Below, in pieces: positions 1 to 12,179 of a DNA stretch of 64,000 nucleotides. The notes below the pieces were generated by a model, which was not told where the DNA came from, did not search any database, and worked only from the letters and a program-made list of their open reading frames with translations. The stretch covers positions 40,796,001-40,860,000 of the forward strand of contig JBNRSN020000029.1 of assembly GCA_051313645.2 (NCBI GenBank). The letters run 5' to 3'. The translations under genes and the position numbers were made by a program. The stretch comes from Centroscyllium fabricii (lineage: Eukaryota). Position 1 is the stretch's first letter; each line of letters begins with the position of its first letter.

Positions 1-377
1 ATAATTAGACCAAACTACTTTGGGAACAATACATACATATAGACAGCAGACCCTTCGCACTCAGGCAACGAAATCCACTTTCGGCAGAGGCGCAGAAACG
101 GGCTGTAGCAGTTATCCACATTCGAGGAATTTCATTTCTATTGACTGAAGGCGCATTCTGCGTACGCGGCGAATTTAAATTTTACTCTCCCTCGAGATTT
201 TTCGCATGTTCTGAGGTGGGGGGGGGGGGGGGGGGCGTGGTTGGGGCGGCGGGGGTGCACTGATTACCTTCAATTAGCCCTCGCTTTTCCACCAGTAATT
301 TCACGCCGAATATTTGATGTGTATCAAGACAGCTCAGTTCATCAGATTGCAACAGCCAAATGCTGCTGATGCTGGAA

Positions 378-946
378 ATCTGAAATAATAAAAGAAAATG
401 CCAGAAATACTCAGCAGGTCAGACCGCATCTGTGGAGAGAGAAACAGAGTTAACAATCCAGATCGACGACCTTTCGTCGGTACTGAAAACGTTTGGAGAT
501 GTAACAGGTTGTAAGCAATTATGGATGCAAGGAATGGTGGGGCGTGTAGGCATTGAGGAATGAAGGAACAAAACGGACGGTCTGTGATAGGGTGGAAAGC
601 AGGAGAGATTAAATGACAAAAGGGATGAATCTGCAAGGCGAAAAATGGGACTAGATTTACACGTCCTCTAGACCCAATTTTTTTATTTACTTGTCTCGTT
701 ATCACCTCCTTTCGCCTTGCACCATCATCTCATTTAATCTCTTTCCCTTCCATCCTATCACAGACCTTCCGTTTTGTTCTTTCTTCACCCCCGTTGTGCC
801 TGCCTCTGTACTTGGTTTACTCCTGCAACATCTCCAACTTCTTCCAGTTCTGCCGAAATGTCATCGATCTGAAAAGTTTACTGTGTTTCTCTCCACAGAG
901 GCTGCCTAACGTGCTGAGTATTTCTAGCATTTTGTGTTTTTATTTC
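378..946. mobile_element. Old Penelope-like element remnant with inverted arms and degenerate hammerhead cores
   Basis: About 380-645 is the diverged reverse complement of about 700-946. 849-875 (ctgccgaaatgtcatcgatctgaaaag) resembles a decayed CTGANGA-stem-GAAA core. Confidence 0.7.
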
Positions 947-1507
947 AATTCATTAGATTTATGATTGCAGAATACAAAACGTGCATGATTCGTATTTTGC
1001 CAGCTAACTGTTTCGCAAAACCGCAAAGACCTCCATTAAAAAACAATTAATGCATGATAACTATAAGCAGCCCTTAGACCGAAGAGCATTCTTCGTAGCC
1101 ACCCAAGCAAGAAAATCGACCTTGTACTGATTCATATGCTTTTCCTGATCGTACACTTCAGGCTCGCTTGTCTGCATGGAATGCTTCGCCAAGCGCTGTG
1201 CATTTTGACTTCCGAATAAGCTAGTGAGCTCTCACTGGCATATGCTTCTCCCACCCATAATTCCTCTATTATTTCTAGCCGGGCGATCAAACAGCCCCAG
1301 TAGAAATGATCACTAACCCAGTAGATGCTAAAAGCAAATGAGCAGCTCGTAAACATGCACTATCTCTTGGAGCAGCCAGATAATACTCGCTTATAGGTGG
1401 TCAAAGCAGTAATTTGTGCAAATAACCTAATTCAATAGTGCAGCTTTAATCAATTTCATTCATGGACTTTAATTGGAAATACGGCATCAGTGAACTTCGA
1501 ATCTGTC

Positions 1508-1910
1508 GGGCGGTATGGTGGCATAGTGGTTAGCACTGTTGCCTTACAGCACTAGAGACCCGGGTTCAAATCCAGCATCGCGTACTATCTGTGCGGAGAT
1601 TGCTCATTCTCCCCGTGTCTGCGTGGGTTTCCTCCGGGTGCTCCGTTTTCCTCCCACAGTACAAAGATGTGCGGGTTAGGTTGATTGGCCAGGATCAATT
1701 GACCCTTAGTGTTAGGGGGATTGAATATGTGCGGTTACGTGGATAGGGTGAGATATGTACCGGTGCAGTCTCAATAGGGATCGAGGTATATGGGGACAAG
1801 GCAGGGACAGGGTACTGGGTTTGGATGATTAGCCATGATCTCATTGAATGGGGGAGCAGGCTCGAAGTGCCGAATGGTCTACTCCTGTTCCTATCTTCTA
1901 TGTTTCTATG
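1508..1910 (+). mobile_element. tRNA-derived V-SINE (HE1-like) with CR1-type tail
   Basis: A box tggcatagtgg, B box ggttcaaatcc, V-domain core (ccccgtgtctgcgtgggtttcctccgggtgctcc), and a CR1-like tail ending ttctatgtttctatgt. Confidence 0.9.
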
Positions 1911-3039
1911 TAAAGCCCAATCAATGAACTCTTTGAATTGCGTAAGTTTCAGGGAAGTTAACACAGATTGTTATGTGTTACTATAATTATTTCCAATCAT
2001 TAAATAAAACAAACAACTGTCAGCGATAAGATTTGTATGCGCATAGAATTACATAAAATACACAATATATAAAGATGCCATTCGGCCCAACTGGTCCGTG
2101 AATGTGTTTATACTCCACACAAGCCTCCTCACATCCCTCTTCATCTAACCTTATCAGCCTAACATGTTGTAGATAGACGGACGAAACAAATACAGAACAA
2201 AGCTTATGGCTCATCATATTCATTGGAATGTATCAATTAAAGCCGTCTAACCATGTATCAGTAGTAAACTGACTGTAAACATACTGTTTTGTTCTGATGC
2301 ATTTTACGTGGGCTCTATATGCCCCCATTCATTGATGCGCATTACTTTACTGTCTCTGCAGATTACCGCCTAATTTCAGCAACCATTCATAAGAGAAGAC
2401 ATAAAATCTACTTATTTCATAAGACACAGAAGTATGTGGGCAATTTTAACTTAACGCATCTGTCGGGAAACTCGTGGGACGATTTAAAAGGCCGGTTCTA
2501 TGCCGGCCCCATTTTACTGTCCACTGAAGTTGATGGGGATCGACCGCCGGTTTTCAACTCGCCCGATTATCGTTTCTTTCAGTACATTGAAATGAAAGTG
2601 AAGCTGGTTCGACAAAGGTCGGGCGATTGGCCCCGCCAGATTAACTGCCGTACGGTGAAGCCGACCGTCTGTCTTAATGTTTTGAGTCAAGACATTGTTC
2701 TTCTGCCAAATGCTACACTTCTAACCAAAGAAGCCGAGGATCATAGCTCATTTCTTTCCCTTTGTATTGACAACGATTTTCCTTGTATTACCAGCAACAA
2801 AGGGAAAACCGCGTCTATTACACTAGTAAATTGCTCGGAATATTACAGGATTAGTATGCTCAGAGTCTTTGTTGCTGGCAGCTTTTAGCTCACAGTTTAT
2901 TTTCCTAGGAATAACAGTCGTCGTACAGTTTAGTTACGTGTCTCTAAAGAAGATGCACGCTAAGCGATATTACACGCGATATGTTTGATTAAACGGTTAA
3001 GTAAATGAACAAACCAACCATGCTGATAGGTCTAAGTTA

Positions 3040-3065
3040 CTATTTTATGTGGGCACACTGCCAGG
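3040..3065 (-). CDS. Possible terminal coding exon of the microexon gene, (A)WQCAHIK*
   Basis: Acceptor tgttgcttcacag 97 nt past the 42-nt exon; the phase-1 frame reaches TAG; AATAAA on minus at 2896-2901. Tentative. Confidence 0.3.
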
Positions 3066-3162
3066 CTGTGAAGCAACAATATTGAAAATAATCTGGCAAA
3101 CCTGGATGATGCTTCCCAGCCACATAATCTGGTTGTATCGCTCATAGAGGCAAACACCTTAC

Positions 3163-3204
3163 CGGGTGATTGTGGAGCAACACTTCTCCGAGTCTTCAGA
3201 ACGT
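3163..3204 (-). CDS. 42-nt phase 1-1 exon, (D)VLKTRRSVAPQSP
   Basis: cattgtttacag|...CCCG|gtaagg; open in phase 1; same length as the exon before the B30.2 exon at 60 kb. Confidence 0.75.
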
Positions 3205-3321
3205 CTGTAAACAATGTATTATTGTAAGCTTAGATCGTGTACTGTCCATTGTGCTCAACAACTAAAAATACTTGTGATTTGTTACTTTGGTGAACAATTG
3301 ACTACGGTTTTAATGGCCATA

Positions 3322-4103
3322 AAATATTATTTAAATGGTGAAAGACTGCAGAATGCGGCTGTACAGAGTGATTTGGGTGGTATCGGACATGAAACACAAA
3401 AACTTAACTTGCAGGTGCAGCAAGTAACTCGGAAGGCAAATAGAATGTTGGCCTTTATTTCAAGGGGGATTCACTATCAAGGTAGGGAAGTCTTGCGACA
3501 TTGGTGCAGGGCGCTGGTGTGACCAAACCTAGAGTACTGCGTCCATTTTTAGTCCCCGTATTCAAAGAGGGATATATTTGCAATGGAGGCAGTTCAGAGA
3601 AGATGCACCAAGTTGAATCCTGGAATGGAATGCTTGTCTTATGAGGAAAGGTTCAGCAGTTTGGGCCTATCGACATTGGAGTTTAAAAGAATGTGTGGTG
3701 ATCTTATTGAAACATATAAGATTCTGAGAGGTGTGGACAGTGTAGCTGCTGAAATAATGTTTCCCCTCGTGTGGGTATCTAGCCCGAAGGGGCATAGTCT
3801 CAGGCTATGGGGTAGCCTTTTAAGACGCAGATGAGGAGGATTTTCTTCTCTCAGAGGGTCGTGAATCTTTGGAATTCTTTACCCCGTAAAGCTGTGAAAG
3901 CTGAGCCATTCAATATATTCAAGACTTGGATAGAGAGAGTTTTTGAGCTACAGAGGACTCAAGGGCTATGGAGAGCGGGCAGGAAAGTGGAGTTGAGGCT
4001 AAACTCAGATCAGCCATGATCTCATTAAATGGCGGAGCAGGCTCGAGGGAACGAATGCTCTACTCCTGCTCCTATTTCTTATGTTCTGATGTTCTGATGT
4101 TCT
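3322..4103 (+). mobile_element. CR1 LINE 3' fragment
   Basis: Frameshifted ORF2 C-terminus (YYLNGERLQ, RPNLEYCV, FFSQRVVNLWNSLP) and 8-mer microsatellite tail. Confidence 0.92.
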
Positions 4104-5131
4104 TAGTCTGATGGACGATTAATGGTTAACGCCCATTTTCGAAAGTAATGATCTGTAATGTTGTCCGTATCAGGACAAGTTAACTGATTTATAACCAAAT
4201 ACTTTACAAGCCTAAAAGAAAGATGCGTGAATATATTGTTTATCGTGTGACGTATGTAGGAAATGTGTGGTATCATTAAGGAAAATAATATGAATATTTA
4301 ACTTTTAATTGCGTTAAAAAGCGCCAAAAAATGATCGTTTGTGCGCTCTCAGTGGAATGGATGGGTGTACCCTTCATAGCGTACGCTAACAGCGCATGGC
4401 ATCGTCAGAAAATAAATAATCTACTTCTGACTTTGCATGGACCTAAATTGTGCACTGCGAATTGCCTACCAACTGGTATTAACCTAATTTTTTCGAAGAA
4501 TGTGAGAATTCATATTAGTTGGAATATAATGAAAATAATGGCCAATCGCACATTGGTTAGATGCTTTTACCTGACAGCAGAGGTGTGAGTACTTTTTAGA
4601 ATAAATTGTGAACATTAGATTTGATTGGTATTTCCATAATGGTGATCAGATATAGCGCATGCCTGACAGAAGATGTTCTCAGGTGACTATTATCCCAAAT
4701 GAGATTGCTATGCTGAGCAACCAGTATAATTCGTGTCAGTTATTAACAGTGCTTCAACCTTTCTCGAAGCTACTCCTAAAAGTTTCCGCACAAGTAACTG
4801 CTACGCATCTTCGACAACAATTGTTATTGCTTAGCTGTAAGAAACGGAGAATTATAGCAAACACGGTAATGGAGAACCTGCAAAATCATAAAATGAGGGA
4901 AAATGACATGAAATAGACCAGGAATGAAAAATACTGCAGGGAGAGTGAAGGAAAGCGAGCAAGTGGACAATGTGTGCTTAGTGTGTCTGAGAGAGAAACG
5001 ATTACTCGTAAAAAATTCTTTGTGTGCCAGCTTCACAGGAAATTAGAATTCTCTTATATAATCATACATAGGTAAAAACAATGCATTTGATTTTGTAAAC
5101 TTGGAAATCGTAACATGCCGTTAACATTTAC

Positions 5132-5158
5132 CTTTCTCTCTTTGCTTCAGGCTTTCCT
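5132..5158 (-). CDS. 27-nt coiled-coil microexon, (Q)ESLKQREK
   Basis: tttttctcaatag|AGGAAAGCCTGAAGCAAAGAGAGAAAG|gtaaat; clearly similar to 26249-26275, including flanks. Confidence 0.82.
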
Positions 5159-5528
5159 CTATTGAGAAAAATGTATAGTGTATAAATGATCCAAAATGCA
5201 TTGGGCCTTGAGAAGATAGTACAAAAAAATACAAGCTTTGTTGTCACGTGAATATTTGGATAAGGTGTACAGTAGCCAGCTACGATGAGCTGATGCCCTG
5301 ATCATTACAAAGCATTTTGCCATCATAAAATTTGGCTGCTATTTCCATATCAATGCTGGCTTAACATGCCGATTTTCAAGAAAGATTGTTCACACAGAAT
5401 GTGAGCGACGATCAAATAGTTTATATACGTTTTTCTTCATGTATTTTGCAGTACATAAGAGATGCACCATCAACGGGTATTATTTTAATACAAATATTTT
5501 GATGAAGTTTAGCAACGTTTTTACGCAC

Positions 5529-5564
5529 GTGTCTTTTGCAGAACTTGTTGCATGGTCTTCAGTT
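5529..5564 (-). CDS. 36-nt coiled-coil microexon, (E)LKTMQQVLQKT
   Basis: ttttgtttttcag|...GACAC|gtgcgt; phase 1-1 and open. Confidence 0.8.
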
Positions 5565-5927
5565 CTGAAAAACAAAAGCAAAGACTCGCTCTATGAAAAT
5601 TTTGTCTCGATATTTTTATCTTCGATCCACTACGTTATCGCAGTAAATCCAAGAACAGACTGATTTTAGCGATGTAGCGCATGACGCCGATGTTGCAGAA
5701 GCCACTTGGTACGTACAATGTCACACTGGTGGTGCGAAAACTCCCAAACTTCCGGCACATTTATCAGGAGCTCCATCTCTATCCAACAAGGCTTCAGCTC
5801 CTTGATGAATAGGTGACGCTAGTTCAGCCTATAGCTATATGAAAGTGAATGCATTACTATTTATCTGGACGGCGCATTATATATTAAACCTGATATTCAG
5901 ATTCTTTAAATTTGATAGAACTTGAAT

Positions 5928-8900
5928 ATAGAAACATAAAACATAGAAGATAGGAGCAAGAGTATGCTATTCAGCCCCTCGAGCCTGCTCCGCCATTCGA
6001 TGAGATCATGGCTGATCATCCATCTCAGTAACCCGTACCTGACTTCTCCCCATATCCCGTGATAGCTTAAGCTCTAAGAAATATATCTAACTGCTTCTTG
6101 AATATATTAAATGACTTGGCCTCAACTACTTTCTGTGGTAGAGAATTCCACAGGTTCACCACTCTCTGGGTGAAGAAATTGTTTCTCATCTCTGTCCTGA
6201 ATGCCCTACTACTAATCCTTAGACTGTGCCCCCTGGGTTTGAACTCTCCGACCATCAGGAACATCCTTCCTGCATCTAGTTTGTCCAGACCTGTCAGAAT
6301 TTTATAAGTTTCTATGAGATCCCCTCTCATTCTTCTAAACTCCAGCGGCGAGTATAAGCCTAATCTACCCAATCTCCCCTCATACGTCATTCCTGCCATC
6401 CCAGGTATCAGCCTTGTGAACCTTAGCTGAACTCCTTCCATGGCAAGAACATCCTTACTCAGACAAGGCGACCAAAACTGCACACAGTAGTCAAGGTGTG
6501 GTATCACCAAGGCCCTGTACAACTGCAGCAGGACATCCTTGTTCCTGTACGCAATCCCTTTCGCTATGAAGGCCAACATACCATTTGCCTTCTTCACCAC
6601 CTGCTGCACCTGCTGCACCTGCATGCTTACCTTCAACGACTGGTGCACAAGAACACCCATGTCTCGTTGCACTTCCCCGTCTCCCAATCTATTTCCATTC
6701 AGGTAATAGTCTGCCTTTCTGTTTTTGACACCAAAGTGGATAAACTCAAATTTATGCACGTTGTATTGCCTCTGCCGCGCTTCTGCCCAATAACCCAACC
6801 TATACCAAATCATCCTGGAGTTTCTCGATATCCTCCTCGCAGCACACACGCCTACCCAGCTTTGTGTCGTCTGCAAACATGCAGATATTACATCTAGTTC
6901 CCTTATTTCGATCGTTAATATATATTGTGAATAGCTGGGGTCCTAGCAGCGATCCCTGCGGTACCCATTTAGTCAGTGCCTGCCACGTGGAACAATACCC
7001 CTTTAATTCCTACTCTCAGCTTTGTGTCCGCCAACCAGTTCTCTATCCAAGTCAATATCTTGCCGCCAATCCCATGTGCCTTAACCTTAGATGCTAATCT
7101 TTTATGCGGAACCTTATCGAAAGCCTTTTGTAAGTCCAAATACACCACATATACTGGTTCTCCATAATCTATTTTCCCAGTTACATCCTCAAAAATTCCA
7201 GTAGATTAGTGAAGCATGATTTACCTTTTGTAAATCCATGTTGACTTTGTCTGATCCTGTCACTGTTTTCAAAGTGCTCATCTATTATATCCTTTATAAT
7301 GGAATCCAGCATGTTCGCCACTACCCATGCCAGGCTTTCCGCTCTGTAATTCCCCACTTTCTCTCTACCACCCTTTTTGAATAGTGGGGTAACATTAGTT
7401 ATCCTCCAATCCAACGGTGCAGTTCCAGATTCCAGCGAATGTTGAAAGATGATCAGTAATGCATCTACTATTTCTAGGGCCACTTCCTTAAGTACCCTGG
7501 GATGTAGATTTTCCGGCCCTTGCGATTTATCGGCCTTTAATCACCTCAGTTTCCCAAACACCATTTCCCTGCAAATACTGATTTCTTTCAGTTCCTCCCT
7601 TTCATCAGACCCTATGCTCTCCAACGTCTCTGGGAGGGTATGGGTGTCCTCCTTTGTGAAGACAGAACCAAGATATGCATTTAATTGTTTCTCATTCTTT
7701 TGTTCCCCATTATATCTTCCCCTGTTTCTGACTGCAAGGGACCTACACTTGATGTAACTAATCCTTTTCTCTTCAAATATGCATAAAAGCTCGTACAGTC
7801 AGTTTTTATGTTCCCTGCAAGCCTCTTTTCATATTCTATTTCCTCTTGTTAATTAATCCCTTTGTCCTCCTTTGTTGAATCCTAAACTGCTCACAATCTT
7901 CAGGGTTACCGCTTTTTCTGGCCAATTTATATACCCACTCCTTGGATGTTATGCTATCCCTAATTCCCTTGTTAGCCACGGTTGAGTCGCCCCTTTTGTT
8001 TGATTCTTATGCCAAACTGGGATGAACAAATTCTGTAGTTGTTCCATGTGGTCTTTGAATGTGTGCCATTGCCTATCCACCGTCAACCCTTTGCGTGACA
8101 TTCCCCAATCAATCCTACACAATTCGCACCTCATACCATCGTAATGTCCTTTGTTTAAATTCAGGACCCTAGTCTCTGAGTGAGCTACTTCACTCTCCAT
8201 CCTAATGAAAAATTCTATCATATTGTGATCGCTCTGACCCAAGGGGCCTCGTACAACAAGATTGCTGATTAATCCTTTCTCATTACATAATATAAAGTCT
8301 AATATGGCTGGATCTCTGGTTGGTTCCTCGACATACTATTGCAGAAAATCATGTAAACCTTCCAGGAATTCCTCCTCCACATTATTTTTACTAATTTGGC
8401 TAGCCCAATCTATATGTAAATTAAACTCACCCATGATGACAGCTGTGCCCTTACTGTATGCTTCTCAGATTTCCCTTGTAATGCCGTCCCCAACCTCCCT
8501 ATTACTGTTAGGAGGTCCATATACCACTTCCACTAACGTTTTCTGCCCCTTGATATTTCTCAGTTCTACCCATACAGATTCCACATCATCAGCGTTAATA
8601 TCCTTCCTTTCAATTGTGTTAATCCCATATTTAACCAGCAATGCTACCCCACCTCACTTTATTTTTTGCCTATTCTTCCTAAATATTTTATACTCCTGGA
8701 TGATGAGTTCCCAGCCTTGGCCACCCTGGAGCCAAGTTTCTGTAATCCCAATCAAATCATATTTGTTTACCTCTATTTCCACAGCTAATTCATCCACCTT
8801 GATCTGAATGCTCCTTGCATTAAGACACAAAGCCTTCAGGCTTGTTTTTTTCATGCTCTCAAACTTATATGAATTATTATTTCCTGTGACAATGTTTGTT

Positions 8901-10310
8901 TTAAACCATTGATTTCTCTGCCTTCTAATTTTGCTTTCCTCCTTGCTGTCTTTTGCTTTTATCCTTGTTTCCCTTTCTTCTGTCTCCCTGCTCAGGTTCC
9001 CAACCCCCTGTCACTTTAGTTTAAATCCTCCCCAACAGCATTAGCAAACACGCCCCCTAGAACATCGGTCCCGGCCCTGCCCAGGTGCAAACCGTCCCGT
9101 TTCTACTGGTCCCACCTCCCCCAGAACCGGTTCCAATGTCCAAGGAATTTGATTCCCTCCCCTTGCACCATTCTTCTAGCCACGTATTCATTTGTAATAT
9201 CCTCCTATTTCTACTCTGACTAGTACGTGGCACTGTTAGCAATCCTGAGATTACTAACTTTGCGGTCCTATATTTTAATTTAACTCCTAACTCCCTATAT
9301 TTTTCACTTAGGCCCACATCCCGTTGTTTACCTAATCGTTAGTGCCTATGTGCACCACGCCAACTGGCTGTTCGCCCTCCCCCTCCAAAATGTTCTGTAG
9401 CTGCTCTGAGACGACCTTGACCCTGGCACCAGAGAGACAACATACCACCCTGGAGTTTTTTTGCGGCCACAGACACGCCTATCTATTCCCTTTACAATTA
9501 AGTCCCCTATTACTATAGCTCTTCCCCTCTTTTTCCTCCCAGCCTGTGCAGCAGAGCCACCCATGGTGCCAAGAAATTGGCTGCTGTCATCCCCCCCCCA
9601 ACAGTATGCAAAGTGGTATATCTGTTTCAGAGTGGATGACCACAGGTGACTCCTGCACTATCTGCCTGCACCTCTTACTCTGCTTGGCGGTCACCCATTG
9701 CCTTCCTGCCTGTACAGCCTTTACCATCAGTATGACCAACGCGCCAATTTAGCTATCCACAAGGTCATCAGCATCGGGAATGCACCAGAATGCATCGATC
9801 CACTGCTCCAGCACCACAATGTGGTCTGTCAGTTTCTGCAGCTGGAGACACTTCCTGCACACAAAGTCGCCAGAGGCAACGGGAGTGTCCCTGATTTCCC
9901 ACACAGAGCAGGAGGAGCACACAACTGTGCTGAGCTGTCCTGCCATGACTTACCCTTTAGCTATTAATTAAAATTAAATGAATCCCCCCAATTTCAGTTC
10001 AATTAATTGCTATACTCAAAGCCCTTGCTTAACACTAGTCCCCGCAAGACAACAGAAACGTTAGAAACCAAAAAATATAAATTTAGAAAAATTTAGAAAG
10101 AAAATACTCACCAAACAATCACTTTCCTATTTCCTGGTGACGTCACACTTTGAATAGTTTTCCTCGCTACCCGCTGCTGAACGGGTACGACTTGCTGCTC
10201 GCCGACTTTTATAGCCGCTCCTCCTCGTCTGATCCCGCTCTGCTCTCGCGCCTCGCTGCTCGCCGACTTTTATAGCCGCTCCTCCTCCTCTGACCCCGCT
10301 CTGCTCTCGC
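5928..10310 (-). mobile_element. Near full-length decayed CR1 LINE (ORF1 zinc finger plus esterase; ORF2 endonuclease plus RT)
   Basis: ORF1 MAGQLSTVVCSSC..CRKC (9946) and RAIVIGD esterase-like motif; ORF2 CLNARSI, GITETWL, SDHNMIEF, QHGFTKGKSC and C-terminus; microsatellite tail; many frameshifts. Confidence 0.95.
10194..10310 (-). repeat. Two-copy 61-bp tandem unit at the CR1 5' end, each with TATAAAAG
   Basis: gctgctcgccgacttttatagccgctcctcctc at 10194 and 10255; TGACGTCA at 10138-10145. Confidence 0.8.
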
Positions 10311-11340
10311 TGTGTAATAAGGATTTCCCTCACATCACTCCCACATCTCTTGTCCAAAAACTTAAATCTGTGTCCCCTATTCCTTGTACCATTAACTATT
10401 GGGAACAGCCTTTCCCTGTCCAGCCTATCCAAACTCATCATAATCTTGTAGACCTCTATCAAATCACACCTCAACCTCCTTTGCTCCAATTAAAACAAAT
10501 CCAGTTGCTCCAACCTGCCCTTGTAGCTAAGATCCCCCATCCCCGGAACCATTCTGGTAAATCGCCTCTGCACCCTCTCAAGGGCTTTCACAGCCTCACT
10601 AAAGTGTGGTGGCCCGAACTGGACACAACACTCCAGTTGTGGCCTAACCAGCGCTCTATAAAGGTTCAGAATAACTTCTCTACTTTTGTAATAGAAATCT
10701 GAAATAACAACAGAAAATACTGGAAATACTGGAAGTCCAAAGATGTGCGGGTTAGGTTGACTGACCATGATAAATTGACCCTTTGTGTTAGGGGGATTGA
10801 ATATGTGGGGTTACGGGGTAGGGTGGGATATGTGTCGGTGCAGGCCCGATGGTGATCGAGGGATATGGGGACAAGGCAGGGACGGGTACTGGGTTTGGAT
10901 GATCAGCCATGATCTCATTGAATGGCAGAGCAGGCTCGAAGGGCAGAATGGCCTACTCCTGCTCCTATCTTCTACGTTTCTATGTTTACTCAGCAGGCCA
11001 GGCAGCATCCGTGGAGAGAGAAACAGAGTTAATGTTTCAGGTCTGGGACCCTTCTTCAGAACTTCTGTACCTTTGTACTCGATATCTCTATTTATGAAGC
11101 AAAGGAACACATAGGCGTTGTTAACCACTCTCTTGATATGTGCTGTCACCTTCCGGGACCTATGCACAAGAACAACAGCTCAGTCTATCAATCTACACTC
11201 TTTAAAATGTGTCGTAAATGTATATTGCCTCTCCCTGTTCATTCTGTCAAAATGCATCACCACACAATTCTCTGTATTAAATTCTAACTCCCACTTGTCT
11301 GCCCATTCTGCTAAACTTTGTATGTCCTGTTGCAGTCTAT
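10311..11340 (-). mobile_element. CR1 fragment interrupted by a Penelope end, itself interrupted by a SINE
   Basis: CR1 peptides flank 10690-11060; Penelope-like end at about 10695-10735 and 10988-11062; 5'-truncated V-SINE at about 10735-10987. Confidence 0.85.
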
Positions 11341-11961
11341 ATGGAGAGCGAGAGAGAGAGAGGGAGCGGGAGAGGGAGGGGTGATTGAGTTTCGCACAAC
11401 TGCTGTTAAACGGCATGAAAGGAACTGTATAACTTTCTCACGAGAATCGGTCGTTGAGGAAAATATAATATTGTTAGGCCATTGGCAGAAAAAATACAAT
11501 AACACGGGAAACATTAAAAAGTCTGGCACATGTCAACATGTCAAGAAATAAAGAAGAAAAGAAAGAAAAGTGGGAAAGTAATAGAACAAGAAAGAACAAA
11601 AAGAAAGAGAGAAAGAAAGAACCAAAGGAAGGAAAAAAGTAAATGGGAAGGAAATAAAAGTAAAAGTAAAAGAAAAGGCATACAAATTAATACGTCAACC
11701 ATGGCAAGATTATTATGGAATGTTATTTGTCTTTCCAATATTTTTTGTTTGCCTGCTGTTACTATTCTTCAAAGAAATTATCTGATCACATATTATTTTT
11801 TAACAATTAACAATAATTTAATAACCTGAATCAATTGGAATACGAGTCTACATCAATATCTATACAGATGTGGCAAACATCAGTATGTTAAGGAGCAAGC
11901 ATATGAGGTGAAAGGAGTTCTAATTGATTAAATTTGAAAGGATTTCTTTTTATGCACTTAC

Positions 11962-11988
11962 CCCTTTCTTTCTCTCGGTAGGCGACTT
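11962..11988 (-). CDS. 27-nt coiled-coil microexon, (E)VAYREKER
   Basis: gttcttcaacag|...GAAAGGG|gtaagt; consensus donor; phase 1-1. Confidence 0.82.
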
Positions 11989-12179
11989 CTGTTGAAGAAC
12001 AATTGCATTCATCCATAAAAAGAGAGTCATCATGCCACAAATTCGGACTGATCAAACTAATCTGTCCAAAGTTTCAAAACTTGGGGTAGGAATGATGATA
12101 ATCACCTGATGACTTGCTATTTAAATAAATATATTGCCATGTTTTAAAAAGAAATGTTACACTGCCAGGGCTCCTTGAT

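Noticed and set aside
1508-1580. tRNA gene
   Set aside because: A and B boxes belong to SINE heads, followed by the V-domain and LINE tail.
2319-2888. 189-aa plus-strand ORF
   Set aside because: No recognisable domain; overlaps a decayed short inverted-repeat element.
12106-12145. Further microexon candidates (also about 16309-16344 and 33190-33215)
   Set aside because: Missing AG or GT, wrong length, or in-phase stop; possibly decayed modules but not supportable.
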